NCBI GenBank assembly: GCA_905178155.1
Contig: CAJINV010000002.1
Location: 12,347,621-12,411,620, forward strand
Length of the DNA: 64,000 nt
Source: Amoebophrya sp. A120
Taxonomy: Eukaryota; Protista; Dinoflagellata
Reading direction: 5' to 3'
In this document: positions 11,701 through 23,023 of the stretch, piece after piece
How the letters are laid out: each line of letters begins with the position of its first letter
Numbering within the stretch: the stretch's first letter is position 1
The notes under the pieces: model-generated
Told to the model about the DNA's origin: nothing
What the model saw: only the letters and a program-made list of their open reading frames with translations
Databases searched by the model: none
Made by a program: the position numbers and the translations under genes

Positions 11701-14700
11701 CTGGCTCACGGATTTGCAAGCGTGCAGACAGATGTCGACGAGGGAAGAGGAGGCCCGCGGAGGGGGGCTTACCCGCGCCGCTTGGAAGGGCCGGGGGGTC
11801 GGCCCCATCAAGGACGTACTTTTTTTTGCATCTGCTTTCGCATGTAGAATGCCACTTCTTTGCGTCGTGTCCTTGCGTGAAGGCCTACTTGACAGACTTA
11901 CAACCATCCAATCCTTCAGCACGTCGCCTGGAGTCAGTGCCAGTCAGTCGCCCCCGAGTGGATTCCGTGGCTAAGTGCGGACTTTATTCCCGTCGAGGGT
12001 GTGGCAGAGCCGATATCCCTCGCAGTAGTGCCGTGCTATGATATTCAACATGAAGAAAATTTGCAACAGACCTTGCAGAATTTGTCATGCAGACGGACCA
12101 AATAGGCAGGATTGAGAGGGCAGGGATGTCAATCTTCAAAGCGCGGGGCTCTTGCGCGGGATAGCCTGGAAGTGCTGGGGACTTATCAAAAAACCCGAAA
12201 GACAAAACATCCTCGCGGCCCCTCGGAGTAGTACTCTCGCACTCGGAGCTCGATGGGCGGGTCGGAACGGGCGACGCTGCAGAATTCCGTGCGCAGTACT
12301 GGAACAAAACCAAGATGGAGGAGGTGATGCCGAGGGTCGCCCCCGGCGAAGCCGATCAGTACATCAAAACGGTCACTGAGCCGATCAGGAAGGAGGGCGA
12401 TGAGCAGAAAATCAAACGGAGGGAAGCGAATGCGTACGACAACTTCTTCAACCTCCACAAGAACGACAACGTGGTGAAGGACACGATCGTCCGGAATGAT
12501 ATTAAAAACGCACTCCAACTCGAAAAGCATGATCACGGTTTAACCTCCGCGCAGGCCGAGGATCTCCGGGATTTCGTCTTCAATCCGGACTTTCTCCCCC
12601 GCATGGCTATTGCGGAGCAGATTCTGTACAAGCACTACTGGCGGATGACCTGGAAGTCGCAGGAGTTCTCCTGGCAGTTCTTCCGCGGCCGCACCCAGTG
12701 CGGTTGTGTCTCTGGAAGCTTCGAGCGTAATCGCCTCATGAACAAGCCCACAGTCTTGCGCTGCTCGGTGCAGCAATTCTACGACCCGGTCTTCTGTCTC
12801 GTTCTGGAGGTGTTGCGCGACCTCGGCGTCATTGTCGTGGTCGAGCTCGATCTCCTCCGCGTTGAGGATGTTCCAGATTACAACGCCAATTCGCCCTCGG
12901 CTGCCAGCGGGAAATCGAAAACCGGGCAAATCTATTTTCCGCCTTTGCGCAAAGACGGCGACGTCGCGGCGGAAAAGGACAAGGAAAACGCCCAAGAAGG
13001 TACTACTCGTTCTTTTTCTTTGGCTCATGTCTCTAGCGTGTCCTCTACTGATCTGTCATGCTGTGCCCGGCGGTAAATTTCAAAACCTTAAAACTCCCAG
13101 ATGACATTGATGAGCTGGACTCGCTGTTCGGCGCCCCAAAAGATGAGCGTGGCGAGCTTCTCCGGGAGGAAACTTTTGCGGAAGATGTCCGGCGGGACGG
13201 AATTTACTTAACGCTGCCGGCGGAGCCGCAGGAGTGGACGCTGCCCTGCCAAGGAGGCGGGGGGAAAAGCAACAAAAGCCGCGCCAAGTTTCTCTTTCTG
13301 GACACCCTGAACATGGCGACGCTGAATTGTACGGGTGTGGGGAAAATCCAAATCGCGCAGGATGCGTTCTACACACGCGTCGGGACGAAGCATGTCGCCA
13401 TCAAGGTCTCGGTATGTTTTGCAAAATCATCCCACTAGCACCGGAGTCGGTGAAGTCTTGGGGCAGAAAAGGTCTACAGATTTGTATTGCGAACGCCGGA
13501 CAGGTGGAGAGTCTGTCACGCATAAACTAGATCGGTGCTAGTGTGGTGGTTTTGCATGGGATACCCGGCCTGGGATAATAAGTTCGTCAGCCCATTGCAG
13601 AAAGCCGTTGAGGATGGTTTTGGGTGTGTGAAGAAGTTCCTGCCACCCGGTGTGGCCTCGACAATCGCCGACACGAAAGACACCGCTGTCATGCTGCTGA
13701 ACGAAAACCCGGGATTGTTGCAGTGCCTCGAGCGCGAGGAGCCACCAACGGTGGGGTGGAGCCTGGAGGACAACATGCTGGCGGTCGCGTCGGGACTTTC
13801 TGATCTTATCAAAGAACACTCCACACCCGGGTTCGAAGATTGGCAGCCCAACGCCATGATTCGGCACCACCTCCAGCAGGCCGAACGGAAGGAGCGCTTG
13901 TCGCTGACGCCGAACCGGAAAAAGGCGGACGAGCAGCTTCTGGAAGACTCCGATATGCCGGACGCAAATCCGAGAACCTCCACGGCCCGGCTTCTGGGAA
14001 GTGACGACCTGATCAACGAGAGTCTCGATATCAACAACATCTACGACGGGGATTTTGTCCAGAAGGCCTTCGGCGTTTCTCGCGAGGATGCCGACGTTGA
14101 GGACGATGAATGGGGCACCCTCGTGGACCACTATGACCCGCGTTTCGGAACGTTACTGCCGCGCCCCGGCGCAGCGGCGGTGGCGGGAAGCAGTAGCAGT
14201 AGTGCGGCGGTGAATTTGGGTAGTAGCGCCGTTAACCCGTTGCTTGGCGGAATCTCGGGGGAGTCGGAATTTCTGGACAAGCAAATGTCGCACTTCAGCA
14301 AGTACCTGCAGGCCCGCAACATCTCCAACCCCATACGGGAGCAAGATAACGCTTTTGCGGAATTTGTCGAGGACGGCTTCATTTTCAACGACAACGCCCA
14401 GGCGGGTCTGCTGCTCCCTCCGGATGATGGCAAAAAGGCCAAACGGCTGAAAAAGGACGACCTCAAGCTCCTGCCGGAGACGGAGGAAAAGCTTCTCGTA
14501 AATCAGGTGGATTCGGGCGGCATGTTGTTGCAGCGGATGTTCGCCCGGAGCGCGCAGAAAGCGAAGTTGGTCAAAATGGAGACCCGCCAGTGGGTGGAGG
14601 TTCTCTACTGCCTCGTGTACGGCGGGCTGCGGACGGGGTCCGACGCCTTGCTCAATCGCGGCGACTTCTACCACCTGGTAAACTGCAAGAAGAAGATGGG

Positions 14701-15790
14701 GAAGGTTCATTTGGTCACCATGGAGGAAACCTGCCAGTACTTCCGCGCCAGGTTGCTGGCGATGGTTGCTGAAGATGTCCGCGAAAACAAAGTCATCGAG
14801 CAAAAGGTGGAGGAAAAGAAGCGCGTTTTTGATGAGAAGCAGAAAGGACCAATCAAAACCGCGGAGGCCCTTGCCTCGAAAAACGCCGTCAGAGCTAGCC
14901 TGAAGAGGGCGGCGGAGCAGTTCGAGGACTTTGCCGGCGCCGTTCCGGGTCTGCGCGAGGGTGCTGCTGCCGAGGAACGAGAGAAGGCTGTTGGCGACAT
15001 CGAACAGGTGGGCCTTTCTTCTTTTTTGTCATGTGGATTGGGCACAAATTTCGCTCATTGTGGAGTGCATGAAAATGGCATGTGACGAAATTATGAAAAA
15101 ACACAGGACGACGATAGCGACTACGAGTTTCAGTGCGAGGAGTGTGATGACGACGGCCTCGTCGGAGAGGATGCGGAGCAGAGGCGTGCAGAGGCGATGA
15201 AAAGCGAGGTCATGGAGTTGAAGAAGGAGCACTTGTTCGGCGGGGACAAAAAGAAAGAGTCTCTCTGGGCCGAGATCCAGGAGAAGTCCCCGATCGAAAT
15301 GGACCCTGCGGAGGAGCACGCGCGGCTGAAAAACAAGAAGTTTCTGCAGAAGTGCAGGCGCGGCATCCATGTGGTGTACATGACCCTGAATCTGCTGGGT
15401 TCTGGTGCTCCGCAGGCCATCTCGCACCGGGCGGACACGGGGGCGCAGGTCACGACCCGCCAGCTGGGCCAACGCAGCCACCTGCGGGTGAAGCTGACTG
15501 CCGCGGAACAGGCGATGGAGAATGGACCCAACGCGCGGTGTGTTTGCGGTTACTGGCGGGATGGCCAGCTGTATACCGATGCAACCTGTACAACGAAAGC
15601 AACTATCGACAGAATGATGAAGTGCGCGAAGTATTACCTCATGCACAAGGCGCGGGGAAACATCCCGGAGCTGTGCAACTGCCCGGCGGGAATCAAATAC
15701 GAGAAGAAATACAAAGAACTGAAGGAATCCGAGACGTGGATCTCTAAGCCGAGGGCGAAGAAAATGAAGAAGGCCGCTGCGAGTGAGTAA
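8791..15790 (+). CDS. Giant (~2000 aa) putative DDE transposase, hAT/MULE/P/Kolobok-like catalytic core with long C-terminal extension; start uncertain
   Basis: Continuous frame from 9009 after removing GT-AG introns 10491-10565, 11816-11919, 13000-13100, 15008-15106 and introners 9208-9357, 12014-12163, 13413-13563 (each +5 bp). Motifs in order: GNTTD (D 9548), LLITTDKGS (D 9866), FDGCH (DxxH 9938-9949), LSAPAEMVCS (E 11372, resembling hAT SxxxERxFS). Confidence 0.55.
9208..9357. mobile_element. 150-bp TIR introner with perfect 5-bp direct repeat AGCGG
   Basis: agcgg|tatcctctgcaaaagta...tatttttgcaatgcata|agcgg; removal restores APVAA-VAESN. Confidence 0.9.
12014..12163. mobile_element. 150-bp TIR introner
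   Basis: tatccctcgcagtagtgccgtgct pairs with agcgcggggctcttgcgcgggata; flanks gccga/gcctg; removal restores frame into MEEVMPR. Confidence 0.85.
13413..13563. mobile_element. 151-bp TIR introner
   Basis: tatgttttgcaaaatcatcccactagcaccg pairs with cggtgctagtgtggtggttttgcatgggata; flanks ctcgg/cccgg; removal gives KVS-AWDNKF. Confidence 0.85.
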
Positions 15791-16748
15791 ATGAGATTAG
15801 TGATCTACTATACAAAAAGTTCTTTCGGTGAGTTTAGTCAGTTTGCTGCTTTTCGATATATATCAAAATCATAGCTGAGATTCAGAATCAGACAGAAAAT
15901 CTTTGCCAGCATTTCGAAGTCCTTCCGCGAAAAGCAGAATGAAAACGCCCTACCACTGTAGCTGTACAACTTCGATCAGTAGTGAAAAAATAAAAGTGAT
16001 TTTTATCCTGATTAGGCATATGGGAATATGGAAATGAGGTCAACACATAGTAAAAAGTAGAGCATAGTTTCTAGTAGCATAGAGGGTGAAAAAGATCAGC
16101 AGAGAAGAATCCACACGATTGGACCAGAGGACAGACCATCGCGTAGAATGTTGGCTGCTGAAGTTGTTGCAAGCCTTGTTTTCGATCCCCCCGCGCAAAA
16201 GCGCACCCGGAAGACCCGTGCTCCGCCCGTGTTATGGGGCCGCTCGGCGACTCGGTTAGTTTTGGTTCATAGCAGCATCTGTGAGATTCGGCCGCCCAGT
16301 GCATTCATCGGTCAAGGCGTCGGCGTCTTCGGATTTTGGTGATCAGCTTTCATACACCTGCGCACCAAGTGTCGCCAGAAATGTCCCTGTGCTTCGGTCT
16401 TGCGTGTCGGTAATGAAGCAGAGTCGTTGTCGTTTGTCTTGTCACAGCTTCGGTGCTCTCCGTCGATCGTTGAAAGGTTTGGGGAAGTTCTTCCCACCAG
16501 TTAAAGTTTTTCGTTCAGATTCGGAGTCGTATTTGGATGTAAATAACATAAAGCGCGATCCGCCATACGCTACATTTTGCAATGATGCTCGCTCAGATGG
16601 AAATTTTGCAGCATTAAATAGAGGCGCTTAGGGCAACAGCGGGCGCCTGTCTTTTCCCCTCGGCCCCACTTCCCAGGGTCTACTTGTGCGTTTTTTTGAG
16701 CACTTTTCTGCGCTAAACTTTGCTTATCACGGTCGAAAAGTGGCGCTC

Positions 16749-16911
16749 GGTGAATTTTGGGGTGAATTTTGAAAAGGACGCCGGTGAATTTTGTCCTCCG
16801 GCTCTTTTTCAAAATTCGCTAGCGCGTGAGAAACTCCGGTTTTTGGGGCTTCAACAAAGTGTCGCCAAAACAAAAAGTCCCAAAATTCACCAAGGGAATT
16901 CTTGACCTGGG
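16749..16911. repeat. Cluster of GGTGAATTTT motifs in both orientations; candidate transposon subterminal end or small foldback element
   Basis: ggtgaatttt occurs 3 times forward; cccaaaattcacc (16879-16891) is a perfect inverted copy of 16749-16761; the segment ends cctgggg at 16911. Confidence 0.55.
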
Positions 16912-17996
16912 GATCACGTCGAATAAGACTTGCTCCGGAGGCAACAAGACACGTAGGGAGTTGTGAGCAGAGCACAGCAGGCGAAGCAAGCTAGCGTCCG
17001 CGGCCGAATCGTGCCTCCCCTTCCACCCGAGGCTGCTCCCAGATATCCAAGTCCAAGCCGAGCCAACCACAACTCGTGAGAGCATACATGTTGAACTAGT
17101 GCCCCTGTGTTCAGGCGTCGCCCTCCCTTTCGACCATTTCGGAGAGGAACTTCTGAGGCAGACGCGCAGAAGAATAAGAGCTCCCCGACCCACCTTCTCT
17201 GGTCGCTAGATACGCACTACACAGCCCGGCGATCCCCCGCAAGACCACCTCTTTTGGTGCTGCAAGCGCCACCACGCGACGAGCAGCCCTTCAGGCTATG
17301 TGGTATGCTTGGGCTCGTGTGTCTAATACGTAGCGCTCTTCTCTTTTAAGTAAATGCAAGTCATGCAATACAAATTCACTGCAAATTCACACTTCTGTAC
17401 GCTAACGACCGTTGAAGACATAGAACCTGCCGCGACGCGGACGACGAGGAAGATTGTCTGCTCTGGGATTGTCCTACAGCAGTCGAACAACTACTCGCTG
17501 CGCAATAGATTTTGCAGACTGCGTTCACCAGTAAAGCCGCGTCCCTCGGGTCCAGCTGGTGCAGCTCCGCCAAGTGCTTCGCCCGTTGCATAAACGCGTC
17601 CCAGAGCCGCACGGCGTGAATTTGTTCCCGGCTTGCGGTCACAGCGGCTTTGCCCAGCGTTTCGCTATCCATCACATTCGGGTGCGGAAACTGGTCCAGC
17701 TGACTCAACAAATGGCTCGCCGCGGCGGTGGCGGCGGAGCTGCTGTTGTAGAAGATGCCGGGCTGGCGGACAGGAGTAGAACTGCTGCTGCTCGACGGGG
17801 TCGTCGCACCTCCCAGCCGCCCTCCACGGCCGGTGGACATCCGGTAATCGTGGTACGTAGCAGCTGCAGAGGAGCTACCATTATATCCATACGAAGTACT
17901 ACCCGCGGCACGAGCGCGCGCACCAGCAGAAGTGTAGGACAGGGAGCGGGTCTGAACTTCGTGCACTGTGGCCCTCTTCTGCCCCCGCAGCTTCAT
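16912..17996 (-). CDS. Host helical-repeat (RAP/HPR-like organellar RNA-binding) protein, apparently interrupted at ~16911; 5' exons may extend to ~19.8 kb
   Basis: LWDAFMQRAKHLAELHQLDPRDAALLVNAVCK and SLLRLLCSAHNSLRVLLPPEQVLFDVI resemble alveolate helical repeats. Confidence 0.4.
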
Positions 17997-19054
17997 CTTA
18001 ATACTGCAGGGGTGAACTGCGAGCGCGACGGGCTTAGCGCAACGAGTGATAGGATGCTTGTAGAAGTCAAGAATGGTATAATTGTCGTATAAATTCTTCG
18101 TTTACTTCGCATTTCCAACATTCTCCCCGAATAATGTTTTTTGGAATTGCCTCATACGGAGATGAAATTGCGCTGCAAAGGGTCAGTCTCAGTACTATCA
18201 CATGCATCACTTTGCTTCCGATCACGATCAGTGAGGATCGTCATCGCCGATCATACGGATCTTTATCTGTAGCTGCGCGTTTATCGAATGAAAACAGAAG
18301 ACGCAGAAGTGGTTTTTCAAGAACAGTTAGAAGATCCTCTCTGTCCCCATGTCCTCGGTGTGATCAGCAAGTGGGGGCCAAAATCGGTATTCTCGGATGC
18401 AAAAAGTTCATAAGTACGTGAACCTAGAAAGAGGGAACAACGTGAATGACGACGAGAAACAATGTCAAGAAAAAAATAAAAAACAGGATACTGAAGCAAC
18501 TATACTAAACACAGTGCGAGCACGAGGTGATCAGACATAAACCAATGACACGCATCAAACACGGGAACTGGAGTACGGAGGCCTCGTCGAGCGGAAGAAA
18601 TGCACCAGCTAGTGCATGCTTCACCACCAGCTTCCTCGCTTTATCGCCCGCATTTCGTTGGGACATATTCTCGCTATTGCTTTCTTGGTGTACAAAATTA
18701 CTACGTTAGAGGAGCACGCGTAAGTTGTGTTTCATGTCGTTGGATATTGGTCCGCCTGTACATGGAGATTCAGATCGTGTGCGGGAGTCGGTAGCGGTAC
18801 CACAACCAGTAGAAAAAATGCGAAAAATAACAATAAAAGACATACTGGTGAACGAAAGTAACATATAAGCGCCATAGAAGATTCGAGATTGTTCAAGAAA
18901 GTCGTCGGCTGAAAACCGCCTGGGCTCCCAAGCCGAGCGCAAAATGTTTAAAGTACATTTGGTGGCGATGGAACGTAAGCGACCATCGGGTCGTTTAATT
19001 TCGAGGCATTTGTAGTTCTAATCGCGGCAGCATCGAGTTTTAGCACCGAACTCG

Positions 19055-19362
19055 TATGGATGTGTCAGGTTTGAAATCGACAAAGTTGAAATAACTTGTA
19101 ATGCATAAAATCGATACCAGTTGGAAGCCCAATTTCTAAGCGGTGCATGACAAATTTCGGCACCGTGTAAATCCAGTTTGTCATGCTGTTCAGGGACAGA
19201 AGGCGTCTTTTGTCATGCTGCTTTAGCATCTCTGTCGCAGACCCCAAACAGGCTGACAGTCGGCTTCACTTGCCATCCCTGCAAGAGAGGCACTTTGTGC
19301 CTTGCATTTTATGCATGAGAAATTATTTCAACTTTGACGATTTCAATCCTATCACATCCATA
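19055..19362. mobile_element. 308-bp TIR element, same family as 60160-60467, lacking a 5-bp direct repeat
   Basis: tatggatgtgtcaggtttgaaatcgacaaagttgaaataa pairs with ttatttcaactttgacgatttcaatcctatcacatccata. Confidence 0.85.
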
Positions 19363-19414
19363 GAAGGACCACCTGAAGCATCGTGCAGCAACGAAGCCTG
19401 TCCTCCTCGCGCTT

Positions 19415-19681
19415 TATCAAATGTAAAAATGTCTGGGTCTCGTCTGGAAGAATGCAACTTGTCATGCTAAATCTGAAGCATGCAAAAATCTGTGTTGCAT
19501 GATTACCAAAAGCTGTCCACTTTTGACCTAATCGAGAGGCCCTTTCTCATGCAGGACTTGCATGACAGAACTCTCACAGAATCTGTCATGCTCTGTCCTA
19601 CATACCAGACCTCATGAGTCATGTAAAATCTGCATGACAAATCTGGCATTTTTCCAGACCCAGACATTTTTACATTTGATA
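19415..19681. mobile_element. 267-bp TIR introner-family element (TATCAAATGTAAAAATGTCTGGGTCT), direct repeat CGCTT
   Basis: cgctt|tatcaaatgtaaaaatgtctgggtct...agacccagacatttttacatttgata|cgctt. Confidence 0.92.
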
Positions 19682-20273
19682 CGCTTCCTCCAGGAAGTCG
19701 GAGTAGTTTGACCGAGTGTTATCACTACTCCTTGGTGCTTGAAAGCGACCTCCGCGAGCTGATTTTGAAAAATGTTCCGGATATTACTACCCGACGAGGA
19801 CTCCTCCCTCTAGTCCATAACGGACTTTCTTCCATGGTGACCAAATTGAGTAACTAATATTATCTGTATCTGTTTACTATTGCGCAACTAGTGTAACTAT
19901 AGGTTTGAAATTCTTTGGGTATGATACCTTCGTTTTCGATTCGTGTAACGTAATACTTACTAGAAGACCTATCGCTACGACGGTCGTGCCGTCCACCTTC
20001 ATCTTTCTGTAACTTACTATTTACAGCTCTTTATTCTACTTATTCTCTGTTTTCGCGACTTGCTTAGCTGCATGAGCTTCTTTCTGTTCTCCGAGAGAAT
20101 ACAGAAGTTGAAGCATCTTCAGGACCAGCATGCCATCGAACATCATGCGTCCTACAGGTCTTGTGTTTCGTTGTTTGCTTATCGCACCAGTATTGGATTT
20201 TCTCAATATCGTAGGAGTTTTTTTTTACTGGCACGATGTCCGCAGCAGGCGTTCGCCGAAAGTGAGTGATCCC

Positions 20274-23023
20274 CTACAACTTTCTTGGGGTTCCGTCGAC
20301 CATCCCGTCTGCGGTTGGTATGGGCAGTTCGGACACTGCGATCTCCGGCCCCATGTTGTCCAGATCGTGGATCCCCGCAAGGGGTTTCGGAGAGCTGGTG
20401 TTCGACTTGATCACGTCCCCGCGGGCTTTCAGGAAGGATTTGAATTCGTCGAAGGAGATGAGCTGGTCGCCGTTGAGATCCTATCACACAGAAAAAAGCT
20501 AGCAGGGCATGTTTGTAATGCAAAAATAAATACACAAAAAAATCTGTATTGCAAATCCGAAGCAGCATGCTATGGGGCCACCCATGACAAGTCATTGTGT
20601 GTGCTTATTTTTGCATTACAAATATGCCCTGCCAGCTTTTTTCTGTGGGATAGATCCGCCTCCTTGATCATGTCCTCGACCTTGACGTTTCGGAATTCCG
20701 GGCCGAACAGGTTCTGCAGGTTGGAGATGGAGATCTCCCCGCTGTTGTCCACGTCGAACCGGTCAAACGTGGCCCGGATCAGGGCGTCGTCGTTGTCCGC
20801 CGTGAGCCGCTTCGAGACGATGGCGGTGAGAAAATCGGAGAAGTACACGTGGTTGTCCCCGTTTAAATCCAGTTCCTCGAACACGTCCTGGATCATCGTT
20901 TCGTTCAGATCCCCTTCTGACGTGGAGAGCCGCTTCACGCCCCGAAGGCTCGCTGTATTGGGTATATTAAGTCTATGTTTCAAGGTCGATTAGAAGTGGA
21001 AAAGTCAACAAGGAAGTGGGACCCTGCGCCTGCCTGCTAGTGCTACGGCGCTACCACCTCACTATAGAAGATTAATATATTGTACTACTTCATCTGCCTC
21101 AGTGACGCACCAATGTGCAGCTCCTTTAGCACCTTTTCAGAAAGAGCAAACCCGAACGGCGTCGTGGTCGTCCGTCAACAATGAAAATAAAAGAGAATAA
21201 AGATACTGTTCTTCTGGAAGGCTTGTTGGAGCGCCTGCTTCAACTCCCACAGCTGTACTGACCCTTCCCTTGTTTTGTCGAGGGACAAGAAAATCTTTTC
21301 CATCGCGGCGACGTCCGCCCGGGGTAGGCACTGCACCATAATCATCGCCGTTGCCTTTTCCAAAGCGGTCTTCTGTCGAAAGGTGGCCAGTGCGTTCAGT
21401 ATGTCACCATCGAGGAGGTGTTCGGGATGTTCCCTGCTGTCCTGGTCTAGCTGCTTGATCCAGGAGGATTCCAATGCTTTTCTCGCGGTAAAACGCTTTG
21501 CCGGGTCTTTCTCAAGAAGCCCCATGACAAACACCTTTGCCATGTCGGAAACCTGAAAGAAAAACGCGGTTGAAATTGGATGATGTAAATGGTAAGTATA
21601 AATAATGGAATCGGTGCCGTGTTTCGTTGCAGTTAATCTTTGACGCGGAAGCCGCGTACATTATCCTCAGCTGTATGGTGATCAAAATATCAAAAATACC
21701 AATACGGATACAAAAAAACATTAGAAAAATGATCGTACCTTTTCAAACCTGCTGCGGTACCACTTGATTTGGTTTTTCCTAATGGCTTGAATGATTTCTG
21801 CGTTTGTCTTTCCGCTGAAGGGCGGATACCCTCCGAGAAGCATAAACACGATGACTCCGACCGCCCACAGGTCGCCGGCGTAAGTGATTTCTGACTGGTG
21901 CGCCAAAAGCTCGGGAGCGAGGTACTCAACCGTGCCGGCAGTCACTACCATCTTTTTGTGCGGATCAAGAACCTGCAGTGGAGAGGTGGGGATTCATTTG
22001 TAAGTAGTGTTTTTGTTTTTCCGCATGTAGCAGTGGCGTTCAAACTAAAAACAAACAAAACCAAAATTAGTTCCCGTGCTTGTTCAAAATCTTTGTTTTC
22101 ACTTTAAGTACCTTTGAAAACCCGAAGTCGATAAGCTTGACCTCGTCGTCGGCTGATTCTGGACTTGGGTAGAGCCAGTTTTGCAGCTTCAGATCTCGAT
22201 GCACGATGTTCATGGTGTTGTGTATGTAGCTCACAGCAAGGAGCATACCCCTTGTCGCAGCCGCGGCCGCGCGCTCGTTGTACTGTCCCCGTTTCAAAAG
22301 TCGGTCGTACAGCTCGCCGCCGGTACAACAGTCGCATACCTGTGAATGAAACCCGAAGAGCAAGAGATGTTGAAGCAGTCATGCTTCGTATCTTGAATCA
22401 GGCGATTCAAGCTGCTGATGGATGCATGTGCAAGTGTGGCACCACGAGTACTTTCATTCTTATGATGAAACAAATGAAAAAGTAAAAAAGTTGTAGTCTT
22501 TTACCAGGTATATTGTCTCTTCTGTTTCGTACATATCACGTAGCCGGACGATATTTGGGTGGTCGCAGTTGAGATAAATTTCGCACTCCGCCCTTACCCG
22601 CGCTATGACTTCCTCTTGTGTCTCATCTGCTGAAGCGAGGTTATTTTTTGTCAAACTCTTTATGGCCACGTGTTCGTTTGTGACCTTGTTTCGTCCCATT
22701 ATTACGCTCCCACAGAATCCGGTGCCGAGCACGTTCTGCTTTTCAAAGTTGTACTCGTGCTCGAGCTTGATATTTGGGTCATGCGCCCTTGACATCACCG
22801 ACGCCGGGTTTTTGGTTAGTGACGGATTGGAGGGCAGGGTCTGCAGCTCCCGGCTGCTCCTTCTCCTTTCCACCGTGCTGTCCCGTATCTGGCCGCCGAT
22901 CCCGGCCGACCCCTGGGACGACCGCTTGCCCGGGGATTCGCTCATGTTCGTGCTTGCGCGGGGGTCTGGTCCACGGTCGTTGCCACGACTCTTTGATGGG
23001 CTAGACGCACAGCAACACGCCAT
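20274..23023 (-). CDS. CDPK: Calcium-dependent protein kinase (kinase domain plus EF-hands), multi-exon
   Basis: LGTGFCGSV, VAIK, HPNIVRL, GGELYDR, HRDLKLQNWL, KLIDFGFSK, AGTVEYLAPE, DLWAVGV; EF-hands DKTREGSV, DLNGDNHVYFSDF, DVDNSGEISISNL, DLNGDQLISFDEF. Confidence 0.93.
20482..20652. mobile_element. 171-bp TIR introner in the last CDPK EF-hand, direct repeat GATCC
   Basis: ~48-bp TIR tatcacacagaaaaaagctagcagggcat...; removal restores EAD-LNGDQLISFDEF. Confidence 0.93.

Larger units (their letters stand above)
1..16911 (+). mobile_element. Candidate giant (>16.9 kb) DNA transposon with cargo genes; left end not visible in window
   Basis: Contains a DDE-transposase-like gene (8791-15790), orphan genes and large palindromes, all on + strand, while all host genes to the right are on - strand. 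A host minus-strand reading frame (...PEQVLFDVI) runs into a repeat-rich segment ending at ~16911. Boundaries are inferred. Confidence 0.45.

Noticed and set aside
8791-15790. Idea that this transposase mobilises the TAT...ATA introners
   Set aside because: The candidate element end (...cctgggg) does not resemble the introner termini; there is no supporting evidence in this window.
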